NCBI GenBank assembly: GCA_964304625.1
Contig: OZ199840.1
Location: 4,316,490 to 4,380,489 of the forward strand
Direction of reading: 5' to 3'
DNA from: Kudoa neothunni
Taxonomy: Eukaryota; Animalia; Cnidaria
DNA length: 64,000 nt
This document shows, piece by piece, positions 27,501 to 41,000 of this stretch. Position 1 is the first letter of the stretch; each line of letters begins with the position of its first letter. Position numbers and translations under genes: made by a program. The notes under the pieces are model-generated. The model did not search any database. It was not told where the DNA came from and saw only the letters and a list, made by a program, of their open reading frames with translations.

Positions 27501-29639
27501 TTGATTGGAGGAGTTTCAGTAATCGATACAATGTGAGAGTGGTTAATAAATCCAATCAGACTGTGATACTTGAGCCAAAGTGTGTTGAATCTTATATTGG
27601 TCTGATGTCATTGGACCCCAATTCTCCTCTCACCCCAGTCGTTTGTTCTCCTATGTTCGTTTCAAACGATTCAATACTATCGAAAAGCTTCTACTCAACA
27701 ACTGATCATTTTTTGGTTCAATGTAGTTCAGGCCAACTTTGTCCGAACGGAAATGAATCTGATTCAACCAAAGTCACAACCTCACAATTTCTTCCAAATA
27801 AAGTTAGCGTGATCACAAATTGTGCTGATGAACCCTTTAAATTTGTCATAAAACACGAAGGTTACACAGATGGCGTTCCATTCGACAATTTTTTTAATCC
27901 TTCTACGAGGCCAATTTTAATCTCTAGTATGGAACCCGTTTCTATGCCTATTCGACCTCAAATAACCACAAATATTATTCAAATATCTTCTGCAAAAATT
28001 GGGACTCAACAGTGGGAAAATCATTTACAACCATTGGTAGCCAAACTGTGTAGATATCATACCAAATCACTCAAACATCACAAGTTCTATCTGAAATCCT
28101 ACGAAAACTACATCGAATTTTACAATAAAACTCTCCCATTAAGTAAGTTTTGTTGTTGTATTCTGGTTATTATTGACTTTATTTTCTATATTTGATTATT
28201 TATTATCATTAGGACCTAGCGAGTATTTAACCAACATCAAAGCTACCACATTGGGACATATGGCTCCTCACCTTCTAAAGTATAAGAAGTTTTTATTCTA
28301 TTTTATTTTCCAGCCAATGCTTTTCGTTCAAATTTAATTTGTTAAAATATTAAATAAGGGCTCTATATCCATGGAAGTGCGATCGCTGTTTTACTGTTCA
28401 GATGCCACACATCTCAAGGAAAGCTGTTCGCGATCTTTTTGGTTCTATTGAGCTTGAGTCTATTTATATACCATCCGCTATGGGTCATAATAATAATAGG
28501 TAATATTTCGAGAGCGTATAAAGGAAAAACGCCGATAATTAGTTTGAGCTCAATTTATACAGTTGTTCCATAAATAAATGTGTGTAATATAGTTCAAATA
28601 ATTCGGAAGAAGATGAGGGACTCGAATCAGTTACACCCATCAAATCATCATCTGGAAGTGGTAATTTGTGGATGTTTTCGTAATTCAAGTCATGTTGATT
28701 CTAGATTCAACCACCGTTCCCTCTATAGTCAATAAAGCTTATGTAACAATAAAAAATCCACAGCAATCTGAAGAATGTGTATATCTCAATGGAAAAAAGA
28801 GATGTATCATCAACAAGCACTCTATTTGGAGTTCGAATGAGGTGGATTCGGTTCCAATTCTAAATGAATTTTCCATTGATGGTATAAGTGTCGATGTGAC
28901 ACTTGGTGATATTAAGAAATGGTTGGGTGAGATTGAAACAAATACCATAGTTCGAGATGGCTCATCTATAAGAATATTCCTGAGTAGTTGCAAACAAATT
29001 GATAAATTGTTAACCCACAACTTTACCATGTTCGATAACAACTTCATAACTATCAAACAATCGACTATTAAAGTTAACGAAGCATTGTAATTGTTTATAC
29101 ATATGTATAATAGTTGTGGATATTATTTTCTAAAGGTCGGATATGGTTGTGCATTGTTTCGTCAAGGATACCACTCAAGATTCTTTTGACGCACTTATCG
29201 ACTGGTGCAGTGGTGTTCCGGTTCGAGCATACGCTAAAAGTGAACATTTTGAAAACTGTTTTCTACTCAAAGTGGCTCCTTTTGATATTAAAAATCTACT
29301 TTTCCGTTCTGGTTCCAAGGGTAACTTTTTCATGACCAATAATAAGTGGGTCTAACCTAATTTTATGGCGTTATTTTAGATTATATGGGGAATGAAATAT
29401 TTCTAAGATATGCACCAAAGCGGTACGAGAAAGACATTGAATTTTGCAGTATCAATCAGAAAGTCACCAACGATAACTCTACAGTTGATTCTATGCCTCG
29501 AATGGTGGCTAACAAAGACTCTGAATCGAATAATGTTCAGCATAACGGTGATAACTCCCACCAAGATGATATTGATGGTAACCCGGGCAGAAAGCGGCCA
29601 GAATCAAGTTTAAAAGCATCTGATGATTTTATTGTTTAA
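24528..29639 (+). CDS. Uncharacterised multi-RRM-like protein A, putative mitochondrial presequence, multi-exon (paralogue of 33097-36054)
   Basis: Exons join in frame across tiny introns and across a ~2.2-kb pogo-containing intron (donor ACCAA|gtaatt ~25249, acceptor ataatag|TGCT ~27426, both phase 2). It has repeated beta-alpha units (e.g. NEFSIDGISVDVTLGDIKKWLG..IRIFLSS) and aligns by eye with gene B. Confidence 0.7.
26072..27336 (-). mobile_element. Degenerate pogo/Tigger element inside an intron of gene A
   Basis: Perfect 14-bp TIR CAGTAAGGTCTCGA / TCGAGACCTTACTG with TA on both sides. Weak remnants resembling a DDE transposase (..LKTLDQKFAKKR..) on the minus strand. Confidence 0.8.
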
Positions 29640-29961
29640 CCATTTTCTCAAATTTTCACTTTCTCCCTTTCTGTTGCGGCTTCATACTTTTTTAGCTGTA
29701 TAAATACCATTAATGTTTTCCTTGTTATATATTTATTATTTACAAAGTTTTACCTTTCGCGGTTGACTAAATTTTTTAGTTATTTCCGATAAGATGATGT
29801 TTTATCAATTCAGAAATAATTTATTCCATAGTTAAGAGACAATGTATGAACATCTACGTTAACTATTTTATTTCCTGCGTATTAGTTTTTCGTTTTATAA
29901 TATAATTCATCGTTATGTATAATGGCATGTGATAATATCTTTTTGGATTCAATAACAAATA

Positions 29962-31795
29962 CAGTCGCGTCTCGATATTGCGTAATATTTTGGGCCGGGG
30001 AAAAATTACGCAATATCGAGTCATCTACACACGCATAATAATTTATAATTTAACAATTATTACAGAATAACTCATCTACTTGATATTTTTTATTTATTTA
30101 TTGATAATTTCGCGTAAGGCATCTCTAACTTGATGTATAAAGAATAATTCAATAGGATTCTTAATGACACATTTTTCGCGGATTTATAAGATTTTATACT
30201 TTAAACTTTGTAACGACTTCATCGTTGTGTATGAGATCAAAATCTTCACCCCAAACGAAAATTTACCTTGTTCATCTTAAATTAAAGGTAAAATTCCGTT
30301 TTCTTCCAAAAAATAATATCATTACACATATGAATAATAAAATTTTTCTATTAATTACTTTATAATGTCATTTCATCTTCACATTACTTTGAGGTTTTCT
30401 ATTACTAATTTTCCGATAAAAATGAAAAAATCAATTATTTTTGTTTGAAAATGGGCGTCTTATTGATTCAAGTACTAATTTTTTAACCGTAACCATTCCC
30501 GAACCAATTTTGACGTATTTGAGTAATCGAATAAGGCATATTTAAATATCTTTGAGTCCTTCTCTCCGAAAAGCTCATTATGCATAATATTTTCCTCTAA
30601 TTGGCTTTTAAGCGATGATTTATTCCTAGATAAATTGGTTTCACCACACAAGCAATGTTTTTGATAGAAGTAGGAGCTAGACGTTTTCGAAATAATCGTT
30701 CAATTAAGGATAATATGGTCTCTGTTTAATAAAATAAAAACCTTTCTGTTTTCTTTAACGAACCTCTGGTTTATGTCCATGAGGATCTGATAAAACATAG
30801 ATGAAGATAATCACCCATTCATTCGCGGATGGCATCAACCTGAAAACTCTTTATTTCCTCTAAAACAACGATTTTTCTTAAAACTTTATTGTGTGTAATT
30901 GAAATTTTTCTTCGGTTATTGTAGCAGTGATAAGCAGCAGAGCATGCTTTTGAATTGTTTTACACACAAACATTGTGTTAATTTTTAATAGTGGACGTAC
31001 GCTGTATTAGCCATTCAAAAAAATGAGCTGTATCATCCAAATTAAACCTGTATTCTGGATTGTAACTTGACAATATCTCGAGAATATTTCTCATCCATAG
31101 ATAAATATATTTAAAATCAGCGCTCTCGTCCTCCGTGCGATTTGAGTTTTTTCAGACCGCAACGCCTTCTGCAATTATTAAACTAACCCTCGGTTCCACT
31201 AAAATCTTTTATTCAAATTTCTTTGGAAATAATACAAGATTATTCGATCATTACAAAACTAGATAATAGCTTTTTTCTCGCATTGAAACTACCCAATTGT
31301 AAAAATTATTTTAATATCTTTATATTTTTGGGGCTTAAGTATTTTTCCAAATTTTGAAATTTTTGAATCTATGGTTTCGTCTTGTTTGGGAAAACTTCTA
31401 AAAATATTTAAATAACCAACTTTAAATTATCGGACAATATTTATGTTAATATAAATCGGTAACCCAAAACGTCTTACAGTAATATCATTAGCACCCGATA
31501 TAGACCTAAAAAAATTATATTGATCAATTATTTTTATTAATCTTCATTAGTTATATGAGAATTTGCAATGCTTTTTATAGTGCATCCATCAGATTAAGGG
31601 GATTAAAATCAAAAAATGAGTTACGCAATAGCTAGACACAAGATTTTTCCTAATTTCCATTATATCCACATGTTCAAAATATTTGTTTGTTCGTATAATT
31701 ATCCATTCAAGCATACTAAATATGATTTTTACGTTCTATTTAGTGAATTAAAGCACATAATGCTAATAAAACTAAATTACGCAGTATCGAGTCAC
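29962..31795 (-). mobile_element. Decayed pogo/Tigger transposon with transposase pseudogene
   Basis: TA|CAGTCGCGTCTCGATATTGCG terminus. Subterminal aaattacgcartatcgagtc repeated at ~30003 and ~31775. Minus-strand remnants GTEG*FNNCRRRCGLKK..ESAD and YNPEYRFNLDDT resemble pogo motifs. The right boundary is approximate. Confidence 0.7.
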
Positions 31796-31883
31796 AACTA
31801 TAGATTATATGAAATTATGAGCGCTTCATCATGAAGATATTTAGTATTTCGATATTATGGGTCATAATATAAGTTTTCCTGAT

Positions 31884-31920
31884 ACAGTCGAACCTCGATT
31901 ATCCGGAAAATCGGAGGCCA
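31884..31920. mobile_element. Isolated left TIR of the pogo-type MITE family
   Basis: TA|cagtcgaacctcgattatccggaaa, identical to the 20364 terminus. Confidence 0.65.
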
Positions 31921-31928
31921 GCAATTCT

Positions 31929-32447
31929 CTCTTAGCCTAGACAATATGGCATGATGGTGTTAGGTCGAGGTCGAATGCCCTGTGGTGACGTGTTTGAGGC
32001 CTAGTCCGAACGTTCCTGTACTCCCAACCCAAAATTGAGTAGGAAGGCTGTATTAAAGTAGTAATAGTATAGATCTACGATTTATTGAGGTTTTGCTCGC
32101 AGCTGGGAGTGGAGCCTGGCGGAAGGGTAGAACTCGGGCGCTCATAAATGCCGTGATACAGGAACGAAATACAACCCTGCAAGGGGTTTCCGTAGAGCCA
32201 ACGCTCCCATTCAGACGATTTTCCCAGACTAATTCTGGGCTAGTCCAGGGTATGATTAGGGTGGTGGTTGCTCTGAATCAAGGATGTTTAATGACTTAAA
32301 TTCCCACACTACCACATAAACGTAAATCGCCTTAATACGACGCTTCGATGTCTACAGTGTAAATGAAAAAGGCCTAACCGGCCCGAACTTCACAACCTAA
32401 CAAGTTGAACCAAGGATTTGACCTTGTAAACAAAACAAAACAAAAAC
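31929..32447 (+). mobile_element. Possible tRNA-derived SINE or other retroposed element
   Basis: GC-rich island of ~520 bp with an A-box-like tagcctag, a B-box-like aggtcgaatgcc and an (AAAAC)n tail. Confidence 0.35.
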
Positions 32448-33096
32448 TAACACAAATATTGGGCTTTAGCCATAATAATTTATGAGCATAAGGGTTATTG
32501 AAACTCTTTAATGCTATAGATTATTGCCGGATTCGACAAATTACATCTGATAATGTAAATTCGATGACTTGGTTTTGGCGTAAAATGTTTCTAAAGAATG
32601 TTTGCTTTATTTTCATTGATTCAAATACATACCAAGTTAGATTCACTCATATCATTAACATTAATTAATTCCGTATCGAAGCATTAAATGAAGATTGGTT
32701 CATAGAATTATTTTAACTTTATGGAACTAATCCACGTGTGTGACTTATTTAATAATTTACTATGTATTTAATATTACTATCTTTGTTAAGAATCTTTTAA
32801 TTTGCGAAAATATAGTAAAATATCAACGGAAAATGATTAAGGTCTCTAATGGACCTCAATGTAACGCATGTAACATTTGGGTGCGTAGTTTTTTGAGCGT
32901 TAAAGTTTACAAATTCAAAAAAAAACAATTTTTCTAAGTTAATGTTTCATACAAGATTTTATTAATATGTTTAACAGTCACTTGAATTTTATTTTAAGCG
33001 AGCTTTGAAAGAAACAAAAAATAAAGATTTTAATTAGCAACAGATATAAACGTTGGTTATCAATCTATAAATGAGAAATCTACTACGATATAAAAT

Positions 33097-36054
33097 TCAA
33101 ACAAATTTTAAACGGTTTTCCTTTTGGAGCCATTGTTGGATTTCGCTGATGGAGCAGTTTTGAACGACGATTCGACTGCCATCGTAATCTAAATAGAAAT
33201 TATATAAATTTAGTCAAATGATGTTTAAGTTTATTGAGATGAACAATATCTCAATAGCTCCACAATGTAAGACAAACAAGCCTACTTATTTCCCCAGATC
33301 GTTTAAGTAGGCCTGATCTGAAACATGTTTTACAGGGGATATAAAAGCAGTTGGTTCGATTATTAAATTTGAGTGTTGTTGAGCTGTATGGAAAAAGCCA
33401 ATCCGAAAGGTAATGAATGGTGTTTGGCTCGATTTGGTCGACTATAAGTTTTAGCCAATTGTTCGATCTAAATTCCAAATAGATAAAAAATTCTCCACAT
33501 TACATCAAACTAAAATACGCGGCATCATCACAATCATCGTAGGTAGGATGAATAAAAAGAAACGACGGATCGGAAGTAGTCCCAAAATTATGGAAGGTCA
33601 TGTTTAGTTGTTGAAGCTTATCAATGTCAGCTTCGGAGCATAAATAGACAACCACACTTCCATCGGGGAGGATTTCATAGGAGTTAAACGCTATCCCATC
33701 GAGCAATTGATCTACTTGTTTGGTCGTAGCGTCAATAGGCGGAATACCCTCAATTCGAAAACAATTCAGCGAAGGTACTTTACTACAATAATACAAATGT
33801 AAAAACACCAGTTATCCAGCGATTTTCCATACCCAGGAGCATGGTTCCAAAAAGAAGACATTCTCACCGAAATATCCTCCTTGCCATTGAGAAATAGTAG
33901 TCGATCGCCATCGACCTGATATTTTAATTTTACACAGTAGATGGGGTTTTTATCTTCGGTAGATGCAGATGATGGACGAATAAACGAATGATTGCTAAAA
34001 AAACTACCAACAAAATAATTTATCGGACTGAAAAATGCCTAACTCACCTTTGATACGAGGTAGGATTTTCAATGCAATGCACATGAGAATAATCAACACC
34101 TTCCAGCAGTTCATCAACCAATTTCCTGTTCAAATTGTGTCCTGTAATTTGAAACGTTTTTTTGTCTAACCAAAAGTGATAAAACCTACAACCACAATGG
34201 TAAAAGTTGATATTGACGCCATAACACTAAAATTAACTTGCTAATATCTCCCCCGAAATAGGATGACAAACACTCAAATGTTGTATTGTATAGCATGGGA
34301 ACTAAATAACAGCAGATGAACTACGAATCCATTGAAGCTAATAGTTACTTAGATAGCCGTAATTTCTGTACAACTTGGCAACACCCTCGTAACATTTCAT
34401 GTAAAGAATGGATGAAAATCTCCCACGATCCACCTTCCACACCTCATCCCTCATATGGGTCAATAGGGACTGAAGTTGTTCTTCGGTTATATTGTAATGA
34501 TTGATGAAAATTTGGTTAGTGAACAATAATGATTTATGTGGAATTGTGAATTCTTCGATATTACACTCATAATTGACAGATGCAGGTAATAATTCCGATA
34601 TAATTTCTTTGCTGTTGCTATGGGTTTTGAGGAGAATAGAATGAGATTTCTCATTCAATCTATGATCCATTACATAGCTGTTTCTGGGAATAATTTCCGT
34701 TAGTCGAGAGCATGCTTCTTCAAATGACATATAATCGTTATTCTTGTTACTATTGTCAGTAGATCTATTGTTCACTTCGTTCAACAGTTGCGAAAGACCC
34801 CAGTCTAGATGGGAAGTTTTCGAGTTGATACAGTTATTTAGTGCAGAGGTTCGATGAACATTTTGTTGAGGATCAAAATGGAAAAACTTTAAATTATCAT
34901 TATTGGTTTTAAACAAATTTAAGAACAAATAATTTTCGGATGATTCGTATCCATAACGATTGAAATATTTTAATGCGCGCAAAAAAGCCAAATGTGTGGG
35001 TGGATTGTTTGAAACATTGGCAGAGAGCAACTTCACAAAACCATGCTTTGTTAATGGTTTAATAATATCCTTCTTCTGATACCAACCTGATTTAACGAAA
35101 GTGGTTGTTGAATGCGGTTTACTGTTAGATGGACGAAGATCATCATGATTGTCACTACTGTAGTGAACGCACTTGACTGGAGCAAGTAGAAGCGAATCTG
35201 AAGAGAACTTATCCAAATAACTACAAATTCATATTAGGTGTATTATTAGTGATGTTGTCAGTAGATAGTAGTTATCTATAGAATCAATCACTCACTTTGA
35301 ATAATTAAAGTTCTCAAGCTGAAAAATTGATTTAGTGGTGGGAAATCCTACAATGCAAGCATATGTGATACCGTGAAATTAGAATAGTAACGAGAATAAG
35401 TTTTAAGAATTAATGTCTGGAAACTACCTGCGAAGAGCAAATCAGGATAAGCGCGCAAAAAATTTTTAAGCCATCCACAATCCCTAAATCTGTAATAGGA
35501 GTGGAAACGATGATCGAAAACAAAAAGAATGTCGTTTTTGTCGAAAAATGGACTCTCAATCAACTTTTTATCGATAATTACGTCCGTTTTTAAAGCACTA
35601 ATCCGATATATATAACTCATATAACCAATCAATAAATCTTACTGAGCCACATGCATGGGTATATACTCAACTTCAAACCTTCGTTGAACGTCTTTATTCG
35701 AAAAAAATTAATTTAACAACCACTATCAAAATATCTACAAAATTACCACCATATTCAGTTAACTTCTTTCAAATACTCAGCCACATCCAGTGGGCACTCC
35801 ATAAACATGTTTAATTTATTTTGAATCATCAGATGTTTGAAAATGGTAACATTTTCTTTCAATTTTAAAGGAGGAAACAATTTAGTGTAATCTTCATTAG
35901 AGATATTCCTAATGATAATATTCACTGTAGGAACGATATTTTTTGAATCTATCTGAGGAAAACAATCCTTGCATAGATTTCTTTTTCTATGCAAATATAA
36001 TGTAGATAATATAGTGTTCGAACGGCAAAAAACACGCCAAACATAGGGTTGCAT
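33097..36054 (-). CDS. Uncharacterised multi-RRM-like protein B, putative mitochondrial presequence, multi-exon (paralogue of 24528-29639)
   Basis: ORFs 35755-36084, 35348-35632, 34338-35216, 33500-33808 and 33251-33478 are linked by tiny introns. The final exon reads NYDGSRIVVQ..RLKFV*. It shares motifs and intron phases with gene A. One junction near 35700-35760 is unresolved. Confidence 0.7.
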
Positions 36055-37194
36055 TTGGCAGCGCGCGCAGTGTAGTTGATGCAATATTGCAAATATGGTT
36101 GTCAGATTGACGAAAAAAATTCAATAGAATTAATTCGAAATAGAAATTTAACATGAAATATTCAGATACTACGGGTGCGTTATTCAAAAAATATGAATCT
36201 AATATCAAGTTAATATTTTAAAAATTTTCGTGAAAATAATGACTATATAAAAATATTTAATTGTAGTTTTATATTTGTTTTAAATTTCAATAGTTAATCT
36301 AAATTTCGAGACTGAGTTGATCATCCGAAGTTTGTCAAAAAATAACTAAAACTATGTCTACTGATTATATAAACTAGCGGGAGCTTTTTAACTTAGGCCT
36401 AGGTCGGGAAAGTCTACATTGAAAAATCTCTTTAACTTTTTCATGCAAAAATTTTTGGTTGTTGTTTGAGGATAATATATTATGTAAAATTGTTTAGTTA
36501 GAACGGTTTCAAAAGTTAAAATGCTCAAAAAAATTTGTTAGCCATTTTAATCAAATTTCAGGAAAAATGGAAATTAAATAAAAGTTCCATTCATACGTAT
36601 CATAACCACGTAAAAATTTTACATTGCCTCTAAAATGCTTTGAAATTTTTTTTTATTTAATTTGCGAACAACGGCCTGATTAGTCAATTTAGTTACGTCG
36701 ATCAATTTGTTTTGTGGGTGCGCGACAATTTTAATGCCAACTTCTAATTTTCAAATCTAGTCTATTTCTAAGCACATTTAGAACCGATGATTTAAAAAAA
36801 AAGGTACAACAGATTGAGCTTTGGTATATAAATTTTTTTTACTTGAAATAGGCCCATTATATAATTATAAATAAGGAGAACAATGATTTATTTGATTATA
36901 AACAACAAAAATCCCCGCATAACTTTTAAAATTAATTTCTCAATTTTAAAATATATATATATATATAGTTTGAAACTATAGAAAATTATGTTTTAGAAAA
37001 AAGTACTAGGCTATTGCTACGGGAGGGGATACGATTTCGAATCCAAAATTTCATTTAAAATTTGAAATACACCTTTATAATTAATAATTTTTACCCTACC
37101 ATAATTAGCATTTTAATAGAAATTTTGAACTATGGAAATTTTTAACATTGTGGCTATAATTTTTGTGTTTTGTTTTGTTATAAATAATAGAATA

Positions 37195-37264
37195 CAGTCG
37201 GCAACAGATTTTACGTATTTTTCCCCCAGTCCCATGAGGATTACGTAAAATCGGTTACCCACTG
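37195..37264. mobile_element. 70-bp miniature TIR element (Tc1/pogo-type)
   Basis: Arm CAGTCGGCAACAGATTTTACGTA versus reverse complement CAGTGGGTAACCGATTTTACGTA (20/23), with TA on both flanks. Confidence 0.7.
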
Positions 37265-38091
37265 TAATCTCATTTCAGTTTATTACATAACCTTACATTT
37301 AGCCAAAGTAACTGATAATATATTTTTCTAATTTTTTTTATTTCTTTATAGAATTATGTTATAATTAATATAAATTATTGCATTATTAAAAGTTATTTGT
37401 ACTTTTCAAATTTTTATAACTTGACAGTAGATCCATTGAAAAAAATTTAATACAAATGATTTGCTTAACATATCTGGTTATATGAATTCAAATTTGCAGT
37501 ATCATTATTTTGATATTGATCGATTTTTATTTAATTTAATATCAATAGGATAGAGATTAACAATATAAATTAAATATAATTATAAAAAAATTATAAATCT
37601 AGAATTTTTCCAACATTATTAATTAAGAACAATACAAAGGAGGGAATCTAAGGTATTTTTTACATTCTTACTTTAAGAAAATCCGAAAGTTTCATACAAT
37701 AATAAATTTAACCTTAACTAATCAATTAATATAATTTATATTATTTTAAATCATAAATTGAAAAAAATGACAAATTTTGGTATGTATTAAAAGGAGATTA
37801 TTTTCATTACCCGTTATTTGTTCAGTATGAGAAAGTGAACGTGGTCTGTTCTTCTCGCTAATTTATTTTGGATAAAAATTCATCTGATAACATCAAACAA
37901 GCCGTTAAGAGGATTTCAATATTATTTTAAATAATAATATTTTCCTGACTATATATACGATCATTAATTATTGAACATGTGACTAAAGTTATTCAGATTC
38001 TATACATTCAATAGTTACTCGCATAAACCCTTTAATATAGATTAATAGCCGTAAGCCAACTAATTATTTCGTATGTTCATAATATCTACAA

Positions 38092-41000
38092 ATGGTATTA
38101 TTTTCAGTGAAATCGAAGCACGGTTCATTATTTTGCTTGCTGATTTTTGCACGTGATTTCTTTTGATAAAAATTATTTTTCATGTTTATTACTAGTGTTG
38201 GATAAGTATGTCCCAACGCAGGATAATGATAATAATATAATGAAATTACATTTTTCAAAAACTAATGATAATAAATACGTTGTTTCTCTTTCTGGTTATC
38301 ACATTCAAAATAGTAACAAGAAATGTGCTCTACAATATTACGATAGCACGGCATCGTCATTTGATCATATACCAAGTTGCACTAGTGATATAAGAGATGC
38401 CAATGCCGAAGTTGATTCCACTTCAAAAAAAATGCATCTACGATTGTAAAAAAGTTGAATTAAAATTCAGTAGGGCAGAATTGGAGAAAATTAAATACCT
38501 TAGATGGTGTCAAGGAAAGGACGAAAATGAGGTAAAAAATTGTCCCATAAAAAGAGTTTATAAGACAAAAGGTAATTTAATTATGTCACTATTATATAAA
38601 TAATATTACTAGATATTTATCTTCAAACTTTACTGGGCGTAAAAAAAATAAATAATCAATTTGACGTTTCCATTAAGAGTAAAATTGACAAAGGCTACAA
38701 AGTGAAAGCTGACCATCTTCAGGAATTCGACGAGAATGCAGATGACGACTTTTATACAGATAAATCAATTCAGCTTAAAACGAAATCATATCAACCAAAA
38801 TACATTGTTGAATTCAATGATAATTTACCCGAAATATTTCTGAATCCCAAAAAACCTGATGAGGATTGGTTTATTGCAACTGGATCAAAATTAACCTCTG
38901 CTAATAAACATTATTTCACAATAACCCTCCAAAATCCCGAACCGTCCAAGTTGTGTTACTTTGGTATCAAAGATATTAACGACTCACACTTTTCTTCTTA
39001 TTGCTCTATAAGGAATAAAGCTGGTCCGTGTCTTCAACCTTGTTACAAGGCGACATTGCTGCATGATAATAATTTGAAATTCGCTCAAGTCCTTGTAAAA
39101 TCAGTCGGAGGAATAAGCTCAAAGGAATTTATTCAAACTGTTATATGTATTGCTTAATTATCCTGTATTTTTCATAAAATTTTATAGTTCGAAACGAACA
39201 ACCTGCTGACGCTTTTTCGAATAAACAACAAAATCAAGTTACGATTAATCTATCAGGTTTAAATAAAAATGAAGGTACAGGAGAAGCTACAAGAAGCGAA
39301 GCACAAATCAGAGAAGTAACATTAATAAAGAAGTTTATGGGAACTGAAAGTATCGGGGATGCGGCTGCATGCACAGACAGTTGCGCTGATTTCAGTTCAA
39401 TAACTATAACAAGACTTGAACCACTTACTGAATACATTTTGAAAGTGAAAATAACAGGTCTAACAACCGTAGATTCCCCCGAAGTGAATCATTATCATCG
39501 GTATTTTTATTTCAAAACTAAAGGTAAAACGATTATTAAGAATATATTTAAATGTTGAATAGGGACTAATTTTAATAATGATATCAAAATTACACCAATC
39601 GCTGTAGCCGATATAAACACTCAATTAAGTGTAACTCCGCCCAGGCTTTTCCCCTCTGGATCTGATAACGATAACAAAGCAAAATGTGAATTATATTATT
39701 CTGTAGGAAATGAGAAATCCAAATTCCCTGCCACATGCAACAAAAAAAATAACGCTGTTTTTTGTTCAGGTATCTGTAATAGTGCATTTACCATTATAAA
39801 CCTGGATCCTAAAACAACCTACAAAATAACTATTTGCTCCAAAGGTTACACATGTGCTGAGAGCGACTCCGTATCGAGTAATTTTTATTAAAGTGCAATG
39901 TTTTCGAATATAAATAGCTAGCGGAATTACTGTTATATCTAAATCATTGCAACCTTCTGAACAAACGACAACAGTCACAATGTCTGCTTCTACAAATGAA
40001 AGTCTTGGGAGTTCTTGGCGTTATACTCTCTTGGAAAAAGATTCCAAGGAAATTATTGTAGATTGTTTGAATATCGAATGTACTCCTGGAGTACAAACAA
40101 ATGGCGGATCAACGAAATTAGAAATTCCATGGTCTATTATTGATCCAGAAGTTGTATACGAACTAGTCATGATAAATATAGATCATGCAAACCCAGTGAA
40201 ATTGGAAATAACAAGTTATTAAATAATAATTTAGCGTTAAATATATTTAATTAGGGTTCGCTGAAGAAGGGACGGACGAAATGATTTTAACATATGATAA
40301 AACACAACGGAAATATAAGGTGAAATTTAAAGGTGATTTATTGCAGAAAAATAATAAACAATGCATAACTAAGAAGTCTAACGATAAGCTAACTGCTTAC
40401 GTCAGTGCTAGTTATAGTGATTCACATATCCAAAATGATTGCGGCCAACTTGGCACAAATGTTAATATTGACCTTAGTAGTGGGCACAAATTGAATTATA
40501 TTTCAGTCTCATATTCGGACACAAAAAATCCTCCCTCTGATAAATCAGCTATTAGCTTATCAATTATAGCTAAAGCAACTCTCGAGAAAACGCCATATGG
40601 TGCTTACGTAAATGAAGCCAAGACTTATCTTTCTAAATCCTCCGTAGCGGGGTTAGGAGAACTGTCAGATAAAAACTCTCTTGATACAGCTGAGAAAAAA
40701 CTAGCTAAACCTGCTGAATCCCAAAGAAATCCAGAAGAAGGAGAAAAGCCTAGTGCGGATAGCCATGGATCAGAAAAAGATGAGGATAGGAGAGATGTTA
40801 ATAACTCGAAAGAACAAAAGAAACTTGCGCCATCATCACAACCTATCGAGTTCACTACAGGAAAGGTCTTTTCATATTATATAGGTAACTCTATTTTGAC
40901 AAATTAATATAATGATGGTGTTAAGATTTTTTCGAAGAATTAACGCATATAGCAACATTGCAAGATGATCAAATTAAATTAGATGTTAACAAATGTTCTT

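Noticed and set aside
32093-32299. 68-aa ORF in the GC-rich island; also considered telomerase RNA or a ribozyme
   Set aside because: The ORF has a non-ATG start and no motif. I found no full CTAACCCTAA-type template and no hammerhead core (CTGANGA..GAAA) there.
35960-36084. Apparent CxxC...CxxC zinc finger (HCARC..CKDC) at the start of gene B
   Set aside because: The first CxxC lies upstream of the first in-frame ATG (36054), and gene A has no equivalent.
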